Source: a candidate division WOR-3 bacterium
GTDB taxonomy: Bacteria; Hydrothermota; Tepidihabitantia; Tepidihabitantales; Tepidihabitantaceae
Reading direction: 5' to 3'
Assembly (NCBI GenBank): GCA_965648905.1
Contig: CBFGIT010000015.1
Span: 1-64,000, forward strand
DNA: 64,000 nucleotides
Shown here: piece after piece, positions 20,876-30,360 of the stretch
Numbering within the stretch: the stretch's first letter is position 1
Layout of the letters: each line of letters opens with the position of its first letter
Translations under genes and position numbers: made by a program
Notes under the pieces: generated by a model
Databases searched by the model: none
What the model was told of the DNA's origin: nothing
What the model saw: the letters and a program-made list of their open reading frames with translations, nothing else

Positions 20876-23800
20876 ATGAGACAGTTCGTCCTGCTGGTGA
20901 TTGCCTGTGTGGTGCCGACCCTGGCCGGCACAGTGACAAGGTCAGTGGCTTTCAGTGCTTCTGACCTGACCCTGTCCCGCGCTGGCGAGTATGACGTTGT
21001 TGACCTTAAGGGCTTTCCGGCCCTGATTGAGCCGGGTGCGCCGCGCGTGCCGCGTGTGGTCGAGCTGGTCTCGATTCCAGCCGGAGCCGAGCCGACCGGA
21101 GTCGAACTGGTGACCGCAGAATGGCAGACCGTTGGCCAATACCGGCTTGCACCGGCCCAGCCGGACCAGCCTCTGCCCATGCCCGGCCGCGTTTTCGAGC
21201 CTCGGCTGTTCCCGCCTGATCCGAGTATCTACTCGTCGGCCGAGACGTACCCGAAAGAGCCGGTCCGGCAGCTTGAGTTTGGGACCCTTGGTGGGTATCG
21301 CATCGCCTTTGTCGAACTGCGACCGGTGCGCTGGGTGCCAGCCACAGGCGAACTACAGCTAGCGGCAAGACTCGTCTACCGTCTGAAGTACGAGCAGCAG
21401 GGCCGGGACAACCTGGTGCCGAGCGTGCGGCAGAAGGCGTTGTACGGCAAGCTGGTGCGCGAGATGGTGGTCAATCCGCGTGACGTGGCAGCAAACGCGC
21501 CGGCAGTAGGACGAACCGTCGTGACAATGCTGCCGCCGGGTGAGTATGACTACGTTGTCATCAGCGAGCCACCGCTCGACACGGTGTTTGCACGTCTGGC
21601 CGCATGGAAGACGCTCAAAGGTGTGCCCGCGACCGTCGTGACGAGGTCGTGGATTAGCGCAAACTATTCAGGCTATGACCTGCCGGACAAGTTCCGGAAC
21701 TTCATTATTGACGCGTATCAGACCTGGGGTACGCAGTACGTGCTCCTGGGCGGTGCGGCAGACCACAAGACCACAGGTCAGAACATCCTCCCGGGCCGGG
21801 ACGCCTGGTACATAACTCAGGGCGTGGGCTACTATCCGGACGAGGATACGATACCGTGCGACCTCTACTTCGGCGGCCTGGATGGAACCTGGGACTACAA
21901 CAACAATCATGTCTATGGCGAACGGGCGGACCGGGCCGACATGTTGAGCGAGGTATTTGTCGGTCGGGCATCGGTGAATAACGTGGCCCAGGCCCAGAAC
22001 TTCGTGGCCAAGACCCTGAGCTATGAGCAGAACCCACCGGCCGGATATCTCTGTAAGATGCTGCTGCCGACCGCAATTCTCTGGTCAAGCTACAACGAAC
22101 GGCCGATGCAGGAGTCGATTGCCCGAATGACCCCGACCAACTGGCAGGACTCGCGTCTCTACGAGCGCACCAGTACCCTGTCACGTCAGGCAATGCGGGA
22201 CTCGATGAACTCAGGATTTGGTCTGGGCCACTGGGTCGGACACGGTGACGAGAACGGCATCTACATGGGTTCTTCGCCCTACCTCAATTCCTCGGATGCC
22301 GATGCGCTGACCAACGGCGCGAAGCAGGGTATTCATGCCTCGATCGCCTGTTTCACCGGCGCGTGGGACGAAGTGCCGGGCGGGGACTGCTTTGCCGAGC
22401 ACCTGATGAACCGCGCCGGCGGTGGCTCGGTCGGCATGGCGATGAACTCGCGCTACGGCTACGGTGCGTACGTCAGCGGCTATGTGCCCGGGCCGTCGGA
22501 ACGGCTCGACACGGTCTTCTTTGCCCGAATCCTCGACCACGACGAGTATCATGCCGGTCAGGCGCTGGCATTCTCGCGCGGATTCTGGTCGCCTTATGCC
22601 GACTCGGGCGGCCGCTACGACATGCAGCGGTTCTGCATCTACGAGTTGAATCTCTTCGGCGACCCGGAGCTCTCAGTCTGGACCCGGGAACCGGTTGCCT
22701 TGAGTGCGACCCATGCGGGCGTGATTGCCCTGGGCAACAACGTGCCCTATCAGGTGACGGTCACCGACCCGAGTACCGCACCGGTTGAGTCGGCTCTGGT
22801 TCTGCTCTGGAAAGGAAACGAAGTCTATACCCGGGCACGCACCAACTCCTCAGGCCAGGTGACACTGCTGGTTTCGACCCAGACCCCGGGCCCGATGCTT
22901 CTTTCGGTCAGTGCCCGGAACCACTCTGTCCTTGTGGACACGGTGCGGGTCATTGCTTCGCAGCGCTATGTCACTTACCTCAAGTCCTGGGTCTATGACC
23001 CGGGCCCGGGTGGAAACAACGACTCGATTCTGAACCCGGGTGAGAGCGTCCGGCTGCCGACCTGGGTCAAGAACTGGGGGCAGCAGGCCGCCAACTCGGT
23101 CCAGGCCGTGCTGCGGACACACGACCCGCACGCCCGCATCACCGACTCGGCAAAGACGTTCGGCAATATCCCGGCCGGCGACTCGGCATACACCGGAACA
23201 AACGGGTTTGGGCTGGAGGTTGACTCAGGACTTGCGAACGGCTGTTCAGTCGCCTGCTCACTTGTCTGCCAGGACGCTCTTGACTCAATCTGGGTCTCGA
23301 CTGTCGTCTACAAGGTCGGTACGCCAGTCTTGAGCAATGGGCCGGTGACATTCCGCGACTCGGCACGGGGCAACGGCAACGGCCGGCTCGACCCGGACGA
23401 GGCTTCAGACCTGGTGATTGAAATCCGAAACCTGGGCCTTGGCCACGCGACCAACTGCCGGGGCTGGCTCAGCTCCGGCGACACACTGCTCTGGGTAATC
23501 GACCCGGACGCCAGCTTCGGCACAATCCGGGCCGGAGATACGGTCACCAACATGAACGACATGTTTGCGGTTCGGGCCGCGGCCGGGGTTCCGCTTGAGA
23601 CCCGGGTAAGCTGCACCCTGCGTCTGGTTGCAGACGGCGGCTATTCGGTCACCCTGCCTTTTACCATCCTTGTGGGTGAAATCCGTCAGCCTGACCCGAT
23701 TCCTGACGGGCCAAGACTGCCGGCCCGCTACTACGCCTACGACGACATTGACCAGGCCTACCCGCATCGTCCTGACTATAACTGGTTTGAAATCAAGACC

Positions 23801-24679
23801 TTGGGTACGCAACTGACATACCCTCACAACGACGATGTCCTGGTGCTGTCTCTCCCGACTGAGTTCGGGCCGCTTCGGTTCTATGGCTCGCGCCATACTC
23901 AGATGTCGGTGAGTGCGGACGGCTGGCTGTGTCCGGGCTCTTACACGACGCGGCACTATGCCAACACCGGCCTGCCCGATGCATCGACCCCGCCGGGAAT
24001 GGTCTGCATGAACTGGGATGACCTGTATCCGGGATATGGCAGCCAGGGCTTTGTCTACTACTACCACGACGCAGTCAATCATCGGCTGGTGATTGAGTAT
24101 GACAGCGTTGCCTACTACAACCCGAACAACGTGCGCGACAAGTTCCAGGTGTTCATCTACGACACGACCGTGGCAACCTACACCGGTGACAACCTGATTG
24201 TCGTGCAGTACAAGACCGCGAACCGCTACTCAAGCTCGACCGTCGGACTTGAAGACCCGACCCGCACAATCGGCATTCAGGCCCTCTACGACCTAGACTA
24301 TCACCGTGGCTGTGCTCCGATTGCTCCGGGCCGGGCAATTGCCTATCGGACCGACCCGCCGACGAGCGTTGGCGCAAGCGAGCCGACCCAGGAGATGAAC
24401 CTGGCCGGACGGCTGCTGAGCGTGGCTCCAAACCCGGTCCGCGGCCGCGCTCTTGTGGCCTGGCAACTCATCCGACCGGGCCGGGCGAGTGTCGCAGTCT
24501 TTGACGCGGCCGGCCGGCTCGTGCGCGAACTGGCCAACGATGCGATGGAGCCGGGCCGGTATCAGGCAGATTGGGACGGTAGAACCGAGTCAGGCCGGAA
24601 TGTGGCTCGCGGCATCTACTTTGTCCGGCTAACGACCGAATCGGGCAATGCTCAGCAGAAGGTGGTCATAGCGCGCTAG
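20876..24679 (+). CDS. C25 family (gingipain-like) cysteine peptidase with propeptide and FlgD/T9SS CTD
   Basis: AWKTLKG, YVLLGG, CDLYF, VFVGRA, GHG (catalytic His), SIAC (catalytic Cys), LNLFGDP; WDGRTESG..GIYFVRL. Confidence 0.92.
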   Translation: MRQFVLLVIACVVPTLAGTVTRSVAFSASDLTLSRAGEYDVVDLKGFPALIEPGAPRVPRVVELVSIPAGAEPTGVELVTAEWQTVGQYRLAPAQPDQPLPMPGRVFEPRLFPPDPSIYSSAETYPKEPVRQLEFGTLGGYRIAFVELRPVRWVPATGELQLAARLVYRLKYEQQGRDNLVPSVRQKALYGKLVREMVVNPRDVAANAPAVGRTVVTMLPPGEYDYVVISEPPLDTVFARLAAWKTLKGVPATVVTRSWISANYSGYDLPDKFRNFIIDAYQTWGTQYVLLGGAADHKTTGQNILPGRDAWYITQGVGYYPDEDTIPCDLYFGGLDGTWDYNNNHVYGERADRADMLSEVFVGRASVNNVAQAQNFVAKTLSYEQNPPAGYLCKMLLPTAILWSSYNERPMQESIARMTPTNWQDSRLYERTSTLSRQAMRDSMNSGFGLGHWVGHGDENGIYMGSSPYLNSSDADALTNGAKQGIHASIACFTGAWDEVPGGDCFAEHLMNRAGGGSVGMAMNSRYGYGAYVSGYVPGPSERLDTVFFARILDHDEYHAGQALAFSRGFWSPYADSGGRYDMQRFCIYELNLFGDPELSVWTREPVALSATHAGVIALGNNVPYQVTVTDPSTAPVESALVLLWKGNEVYTRARTNSSGQVTLLVSTQTPGPMLLSVSARNHSVLVDTVRVIASQRYVTYLKSWVYDPGPGGNNDSILNPGESVRLPTWVKNWGQQAANSVQAVLRTHDPHARITDSAKTFGNIPAGDSAYTGTNGFGLEVDSGLANGCSVACSLVCQDALDSIWVSTVVYKVGTPVLSNGPVTFRDSARGNGNGRLDPDEASDLVIEIRNLGLGHATNCRGWLSSGDTLLWVIDPDASFGTIRAGDTVTNMNDMFAVRAAAGVPLETRVSCTLRLVADGGYSVTLPFTILVGEIRQPDPIPDGPRLPARYYAYDDIDQAYPHRPDYNWFEIKTLGTQLTYPHNDDVLVLSLPTEFGPLRFYGSRHTQMSVSADGWLCPGSYTTRHYANTGLPDASTPPGMVCMNWDDLYPGYGSQGFVYYYHDAVNHRLVIEYDSVAYYNPNNVRDKFQVFIYDTTVATYTGDNLIVVQYKTANRYSSSTVGLEDPTRTIGIQALYDLDYHRGCAPIAPGRAIAYRTDPPTSVGASEPTQEMNLAGRLLSVAPNPVRGRALVAWQLIRPGRASVAVFDAAGRLVRELANDAMEPGRYQADWDGRTESGRNVARGIYFVRLTTESGNAQQKVVIAR

Positions 24680-24882
24680 TTGGTACGTCGGCTGACCTGC
24701 GCGGTCTTTGCGACGAGTTCAGCAGCAGACCGTTCTTCGGCTCATCACAGGTATTAGAGCAGCCAGCCGGCTGAATCTAACGCCGACGCAGTGTCCAACA
24801 TCAGGATGGTCTGCGTGCAGGCGCGTAACTGCCCGTCACTGAGCGAGTTGCACTCCGAGTCCAGTCCTGACAACCGCTGTCC

Positions 24883-25164
24883 GGTGGGCGGTTCCCCAGA
24901 GCATTCCTCATGGCATTTCGGGCCTGAATGTCAGTGTCATCGGTCTATTCCATGCGCTCGGCCTTGGACGTGTGACTCTCGTCAGGAATGCCGCGGGAAA
25001 CCCAAGCTGAGACCTGCCCGACACTGCAGTCGGCATGAGTCGATTGGTGATAGCCAACATGACCAACATCACTCTACGCAGCACTCCAGCCATGACGACG
25101 ACCGGCACTGAAACAGGCACGACCAGAAGCATTTCGCAATGTACGGCCAGCGGCAATGCCATCA
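24883..25164. repeat. degenerate 12-bp-periodic intergenic array (phased CA)
   Basis: CA at 24902+12n in 12 of 22 units; 9 CA plus 1 TA in the 12 units from 25022 to 25154. Confidence 0.65.
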
Positions 25165-25216
25165 GTCACACCATCCTTGACTTGCTTTTGCGACGGCTAG
25201 TTATACCGCGTATGTC

Positions 25217-25344
25217 AAGGGGAATTCCGGTGACACAGTATGCGATTCCTTTAGCTGGACGTGGCCGAGGATGAGAGCTGTAAGGGGGAATTCCGGTGAC
25301 ACAGTACGCGATTCCTTTCGCCGGACGTGGCGGATGAGACCTGT
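25217..25344. repeat. tandem ~65-bp REP-like palindromic repeat (2 copies)
   Basis: AAGGGG(G)AATTCCGGTGACACAGTAYGCGATTCCTTT..GGACGTGGC..GATGAGA.CTGT at 25217-25281 and 25282-25344; internal GGAAT/ATTCC stem. Confidence 0.85.
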
Positions 25345-25360
25345 GAGGGAGCGGGCGAGG

Positions 25361-25423
25361 GCAGAAGGCAGAAATCAGAATGCAGAGTGCAGAATGGCGG
25401 AAGGCGGACGGCGAGAGGCGGGG
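25361..25423. repeat. heptanucleotide tandem repeats
   Basis: GCAGAAG GCAGAAA TCAGAAT GCAGAGT GCAGAAT GGCGGAA GGCGGAC GGCGAGA. Confidence 0.7.
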
Positions 25424-25600
25424 GAGAACGCGAAGGCAGAGCCTGGAAGCTAGAGTGCAGAGTGGCGGGGGTAAGTCAAAGGTCAAAGGGCAAAATCGCG
25501 GACGGCGGATGGCGGGAAGCGGCAGGTGGGCCGCTTGCGTGATGATTCCGAAAGGGCGAATCCGGCTATCCTCATATAATGTCTAAAGTTATGTACCAGA

Positions 25601-26152
25601 ATGACAGACGAAGTGAAAGGCCCGGTCACCGAGCTTCAGGAGTCGTTCCAGAAGCTGGAGCTTGACTGTAAGAAGTTGCAGGAGGATTACTTACGAGCGC
25701 TGGCCGACTTCGATAACTACCGACGGCGCACCGAGCGGGACCTGGAAGTGAGTCAGCGGCTGGCGCTTGAGCGGCTGGTCATGGACCTGCTGCCGGTGCT
25801 GGATAACTTTGACCGGGCTGTGTCCTCGGTAAGAAGCGACATGCCGATTGAGAGCGTTCACAAGGGCATGGAGCTGATTCATCGCCAGTTGCGTGAGGCA
25901 ATTTGCAAGCATGGCGTTGAGGAGTACTCTTGCGTCGGACAGGAGTTTGACCCGAGAAAGGCCGAGGCGATTGGCTACGTGGAGTCGGGTGAGCACCCGC
26001 CGAACGTGGTCGTCACTGAAGCATGCAAGGGCTATCTGTGCAGCGGCAAAGTCATGCGGCCGGCGCGGGTGATTGTTGCCAGGCCTAAGTCGGTCCCGGA
26101 CGCGGCAGTTGTGGTCGGTGAGCAGGAGTCTGAGCCTGCGCCGGATGCGTGA
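25601..26152 (+). CDS. grpE: nucleotide exchange factor GrpE
   Basis: LRALADFDNYRRR, LLPVLDNFDRA, FDP..EA, KGY..KVMRPARV. Confidence 0.95.
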   Translation: MTDEVKGPVTELQESFQKLELDCKKLQEDYLRALADFDNYRRRTERDLEVSQRLALERLVMDLLPVLDNFDRAVSSVRSDMPIESVHKGMELIHRQLREAICKHGVEEYSCVGQEFDPRKAEAIGYVESGEHPPNVVVTEACKGYLCSGKVMRPARVIVARPKSVPDAAVVVGEQESEPAPDA

Positions 26153-26233
26153 GTCGGTAGTCAGGATACGAAGGCCGGGCGTAAATACATGGCGTGAGGC
26201 CGATGTTGAGATTCATCAAGCAGGAGGATTGTG

Positions 26234-28135
26234 ATGGCGAAAGTTATCGGCATTGATTTGGGTACGACCTATTCTTGCGTTGCCGTGATGGAGCGCGGTC
26301 AGCCGGTCGTGATTCCGAACCCGGAAGGGGGCAGAATCACGCCGTCGGTCGTCGCGCTGGGCAAGGAGCGACTGGTTGGAACTCTGGCCAAGCGGCAGGC
26401 GGTAATCAACCCGGAGTCGACCGTCTACTCCATCAAGCGGTTCATGGGGCGCCGGTACTCGGAGGCACTGGATGATGTCAAGCGCGTGCCGTTCCGCGTG
26501 ATTGAGAACGCGAACGGCGATGCCTGGGTTGAGGTTGATGGCAAACGGATGTCGCCGCCCGAGGTTTCGGCGATGGTCCTGCAGTACCTGAAGAAGGCAG
26601 CCGAGGCATATCTCGGCGAGGCAGTGACCAAGGCGGTGATTACCGTGCCGGCGTACTTCAATGACTCACAGCGTCAGGCAACCAAGGACGCAGGCAAGAT
26701 TGCCGGTCTGGATGTGCTGCGCATCATCAACGAGCCGACCGCGGCTTCGCTGGCCTATGGTCTGGACAAGAAGAAGGCGGAGCGGATTGCCATCTATGAC
26801 CTGGGCGGCGGCACGTTCGACATTTCGATTCTCGAAATCGGCGAGGGCGTGTTCGAGGTCAGGTCGACCAATGGCGATACGCACCTGGGCGGTGACGACT
26901 TTGACCAGCGGATAATGGACTGGGTGCTGGAGGAGTTCAAGCGCGAGAACGGCATCGACCTGTCGCGCGATAAGACCGCACTGCAGCGAGTGAAGGAAGC
27001 CGCGGAGAAAGCCAAGTGCGAGCTCTCGACCTCGATGGAGACATCAATCAACCTGCCGTTCATCACCGCGGACGAGAAGCGCGGGCCGCTGCACATCGAC
27101 CTGCGTCTGACCCGCTCCAAGCTCGAATCACTGGTCGAGGACCTGGTTCAGCGGTCACTTGGGCCGGTCAAGCAGGCGCTGACCGATGCCAAGGTGACAC
27201 CGCGTGAAATCGACGAGGTTATTCTGGTCGGCGGTCAGACACGGATGCCCCGGGTCCAGCAGTTGGTCCGTGAGTTCTTCGGCAAGGAGCCGCACAAGGG
27301 TATCAACCCGGATGAGGTCGTGGCGATCGGCGCGGCGATTCAGGGCGCGGTCCTGGCCGGCGAAGTCAAGGACGTGGTTCTCCTCGACGTCACCCCGCTT
27401 TCGCTGGGCATCGAAACCCTGGGCGGTGTGATGACGAAGATTATCGACCGCAACACTACCATCCCCACACGCAAGAGTCAGGTATTCACTACTGCTGAGG
27501 ACGGTCAGCCCGCGGTAACCGTGCACGTGCTCCAGGGTGAGCGCGAGATGGCGGGCGACAATCGGACCCTGGGTCGGTTTGAGCTGACCGGGATCCCGCC
27601 TGCGCCGCGCGGCACGCCTCAGATTGAGGTGACTTTCGACATCGATGCCGACGGCATTCTCCACGTGACGGCCAAGGACAAGGCCACGGGTAAGGAGCAA
27701 AGCATCAGAATCACGGCGTCGTCCGGCCTGTCCAAGGATGAGGTTGACCGGATGGTCGGTGAGGCTTCGGCCCATGCGGCTGAGGACCGTCGTCGGCGCG
27801 AGCTTGTTGACAGCCGCAACAAGGCCGATACGCTTATCTATCAAACCGAGCGCACCCTCAAGGACTTCGGCGATAAGGTCCCGGCCGCTGACAAGAAGCA
27901 GATTGATGACGCGATTGGCAACCTGCGTCAGGCCGTGAAGGGTGACGACAAGGCGGCGATTGACTCGGCAATTGAGCAGTTGCAGAAGGTAAGCTACAAG
28001 CTGGCCGAGGAGATGTACCGCCAGAAAGAGGCCGGCGCTCAGCCCGGGCCGGAGCCAGGTGCCGGCAAGGAAGAGCCGCAGGCAGGAAAGAAGGTCGACG
28101 CAGACTATACGGTTATCGACGAGGAGAAAAGGTAG
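26234..28135 (+). CDS. dnaK: molecular chaperone DnaK
   Basis: [44 protein letters not shown]. Confidence 0.99.
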   Translation: MAKVIGIDLGTTYSCVAVMERGQPVVIPNPEGGRITPSVVALGKERLVGTLAKRQAVINPESTVYSIKRFMGRRYSEALDDVKRVPFRVIENANGDAWVEVDGKRMSPPEVSAMVLQYLKKAAEAYLGEAVTKAVITVPAYFNDSQRQATKDAGKIAGLDVLRIINEPTAASLAYGLDKKKAERIAIYDLGGGTFDISILEIGEGVFEVRSTNGDTHLGGDDFDQRIMDWVLEEFKRENGIDLSRDKTALQRVKEAAEKAKCELSTSMETSINLPFITADEKRGPLHIDLRLTRSKLESLVEDLVQRSLGPVKQALTDAKVTPREIDEVILVGGQTRMPRVQQLVREFFGKEPHKGINPDEVVAIGAAIQGAVLAGEVKDVVLLDVTPLSLGIETLGGVMTKIIDRNTTIPTRKSQVFTTAEDGQPAVTVHVLQGEREMAGDNRTLGRFELTGIPPAPRGTPQIEVTFDIDADGILHVTAKDKATGKEQSIRITASSGLSKDEVDRMVGEASAHAAEDRRRRELVDSRNKADTLIYQTERTLKDFGDKVPAADKKQIDDAIGNLRQAVKGDDKAAIDSAIEQLQKVSYKLAEEMYRQKEAGAQPGPEPGAGKEEPQAGKKVDADYTVIDEEKR

Positions 28136-28234
28136 TATTCTGCGTGCGGTGACGCACGCGCCGGGCCGGACGCTTCAGGAAGAATCTCCTGGGCGTACGG
28201 CTGTCGGCGCTCAAGATGACATCGAGCTGGCTGG

Positions 28235-29377
28235 ATGATGGCGGCAACCAAGCGGGATTACTATGAGGTACTCGGTGTACCGCGCACCGCGAGTGCCGCG
28301 GACGTGAAAGCCGCATACCGGCGCCTCGCCAAGGAGCACCACCCAGACCGCAATCCGGACAACCGGGCCGAGGCCGAGGAGAAGTTCAAGGAACTCTCTG
28401 AAGCCTACGAAGTACTGGCCGACGAGAGTAAACGGCGTCTCTACGATGCGTACGGACACGAAGGGGTCTCGCGCCAGTTCGGGCCGGGCGGGTTTGACTT
28501 TCGCCGTGACTTCACTCATGCCGATGACCTTTCGGACATCTTCGGCGACCTGTTGCGCGGCTTTGGTGAAGGCCTGGGTGGCGGCAGTCTGTTCGATGTT
28601 GTTTTCGGCGGGCGCGCAGCGCACGACCGGCGGGCAGCACGGGGCGGCGACATCAGGATAAGGATGCCGCTGACCTTGGAGGAAATTGCCGGTTCGGTGA
28701 CCAAGGAAGTGAGCTTCACGCGATTCGAGATGTGTGCTGACTGCCGGGGCGAAGGCGGCACCGGCAAGGAAACCTGCATTACCTGCCACGGACAGGGTCA
28801 GATTCGGCAGCGCTCAAGCTCGGTCTTTGGCCAGTTTGTGCATGTAAGCGTCTGCCCGACCTGTGACGGTGCCGGATATCGGGTGAAGCAGCAGTGCGGG
28901 AGCTGCGCTGGTGAGGGCCGGGTGCGCAAACAGCGGACACTGAAAGTGAGAATCCCGGCCGGGGTGTCTTCGGGCAACTATCTGCCGCTGCACAACGAGG
29001 GACACTACGGCCCGGGCGGAACCGGTGACGTGCTGGTCGAGATACTGGAAAAGGAGCACCCTCTGTTCCTGCGTCAGGGTGACGATGTGGCGGTAGAAGT
29101 ACCCGTGTCAGTTTCTCTGGCTGCTCTGGGCGGCAAGGTCAAGGTTCCAACACTCTCGGGCGAAAGAGAGATTGAAGTGCCGGCCGGGACCCAGTCCGGT
29201 TCGATTGTCCGGCTGCGCGGGGCAGGGGTCAAGCACCTGGACGGCGGTACCGGCGACGAGCTGATTAGGATTGTCGTGCACGTTCCCAGGCGACTCTCAC
29301 GCGAGGAGAAGAACCTGCTCAGGAAGTTGGCCGAGCAGGCTGCCGAGCCGGTGCCGGCACCAAGAAAGCCGGTCTAG
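28235..29377 (+). CDS. dnaJ: molecular chaperone DnaJ
   Basis: J domain with HPD, G/F-rich region, four CxxCxGxG repeats. Confidence 0.98.
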   Translation: MMAATKRDYYEVLGVPRTASAADVKAAYRRLAKEHHPDRNPDNRAEAEEKFKELSEAYEVLADESKRRLYDAYGHEGVSRQFGPGGFDFRRDFTHADDLSDIFGDLLRGFGEGLGGGSLFDVVFGGRAAHDRRAARGGDIRIRMPLTLEEIAGSVTKEVSFTRFEMCADCRGEGGTGKETCITCHGQGQIRQRSSSVFGQFVHVSVCPTCDGAGYRVKQQCGSCAGEGRVRKQRTLKVRIPAGVSSGNYLPLHNEGHYGPGGTGDVLVEILEKEHPLFLRQGDDVAVEVPVSVSLAALGGKVKVPTLSGEREIEVPAGTQSGSIVRLRGAGVKHLDGGTGDELIRIVVHVPRRLSREEKNLLRKLAEQAAEPVPAPRKPV

Positions 29378-30117
29378 TGGAGCTGTACTACAGCCCGACT
29401 CTGTTCGACGAAAAGCGGGTCAGACTCACCGGACCTGAGGCCAGGCACATCAGCCGCGTGCTTAGACACCGGGCCGGGGACGTAATCTGGGTGACTGACG
29501 GCCGGGGCCGGGAATGTGAGGTTCTGCTTGATTCGATTGGCCGGGACCTGGTGACCGGAAACGTACAGAAGACTCGGGTGCGGCCGCGCGAGCCGGTGCA
29601 TCGCATCGGTCTGGCCCAGGCCGTGCTCAAGGGTGACAAGCTGTCTCAGGTCTGCGAGGCTGCGACCGAACTCGGCATTACCGAGTTTATCCCGGTGCGA
29701 ACCGCGCGCACAGTCAGTCGCCTGAGCGGGCCGCGACTCCAGCGCCTGCGCCAGGTGGCCCTGGCGGCGATGAAATCGAGCACCGGCACGGTTCTGCCGG
29801 AGATCGGACCCGGGGTTGACTTAGAAGGTCTGCTGCAGGCTGCCGGCAGGTATGACCAGACCCTGGTTGCCTACGAGGAAGAACGGTGCAGCGAGCTTGC
29901 TTCCGTACTCAAGCCTGATGCCGGTTCGCTGCTGATTGTTATCGGCCCGGAAGGCGGGTTCGAGCCCGATGAGGTCGCCCGGCTGAAACAAGTCGGGGCA
30001 GGGAGTTTCACTCTGGGCCCGAGAAGGCTGCGGGCTGAGACCGCGGGCGTGGTTGCCGTGGCCGCGGTCCTGCAGTTGTTGGGTGAGATGTGCAGGAAAG
30101 AAGAAACGACCAGTTGA
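29377..30117 (+). CDS. rsmE: 16S rRNA m3U1498 methyltransferase
   Basis: HISRVLR, ATELGI, IGPEGGF, LGPRRLRAETA. Confidence 0.95.
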   Translation: MELYYSPTLFDEKRVRLTGPEARHISRVLRHRAGDVIWVTDGRGRECEVLLDSIGRDLVTGNVQKTRVRPREPVHRIGLAQAVLKGDKLSQVCEAATELGITEFIPVRTARTVSRLSGPRLQRLRQVALAAMKSSTGTVLPEIGPGVDLEGLLQAAGRYDQTLVAYEEERCSELASVLKPDAGSLLIVIGPEGGFEPDEVARLKQVGAGSFTLGPRRLRAETAGVVAVAAVLQLLGEMCRKEETTS

Positions 30118-30136
30118 AAGGAGGTGTTATCGGGTC

Positions 30137-30334
30137 ATGGTAGGTATTACTGTCAAAGACGGCGAGTCCTACGAGAGTTTCATCCGGCGGTTCCGCCGGG
30201 CGTGTGAGAACGCCGGGATTCTGCGCGAGGTGAAACGTCGTGAGTTCTACGAGAAGCCGAGCGAGAAACGCAAGCGCCGGCAGGCCGAGGCAAGACGCCG
30301 GGCCTTCCGCCGCCGCCAGCAGGACAGCATGTAA
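30137..30334 (+). CDS. rpsU: 30S ribosomal protein S21
   Basis: GESYESFIRRFRR..GILREVKRREFYEKPSEKRKR; GGAGGTG RBS. Confidence 0.95.
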   Translation: MVGITVKDGESYESFIRRFRRACENAGILREVKRREFYEKPSEKRKRRQAEARRRAFRRRQQDSM

Positions 30335-30360
30335 CAGACTGGCAGAATACGGAGCAGCAG

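Noticed and set aside
25217..25344. CRISPR array
   Set aside because: Only two copies, the would-be spacers are also near-identical, and there are no cas genes. The same applies to 53941-54129.
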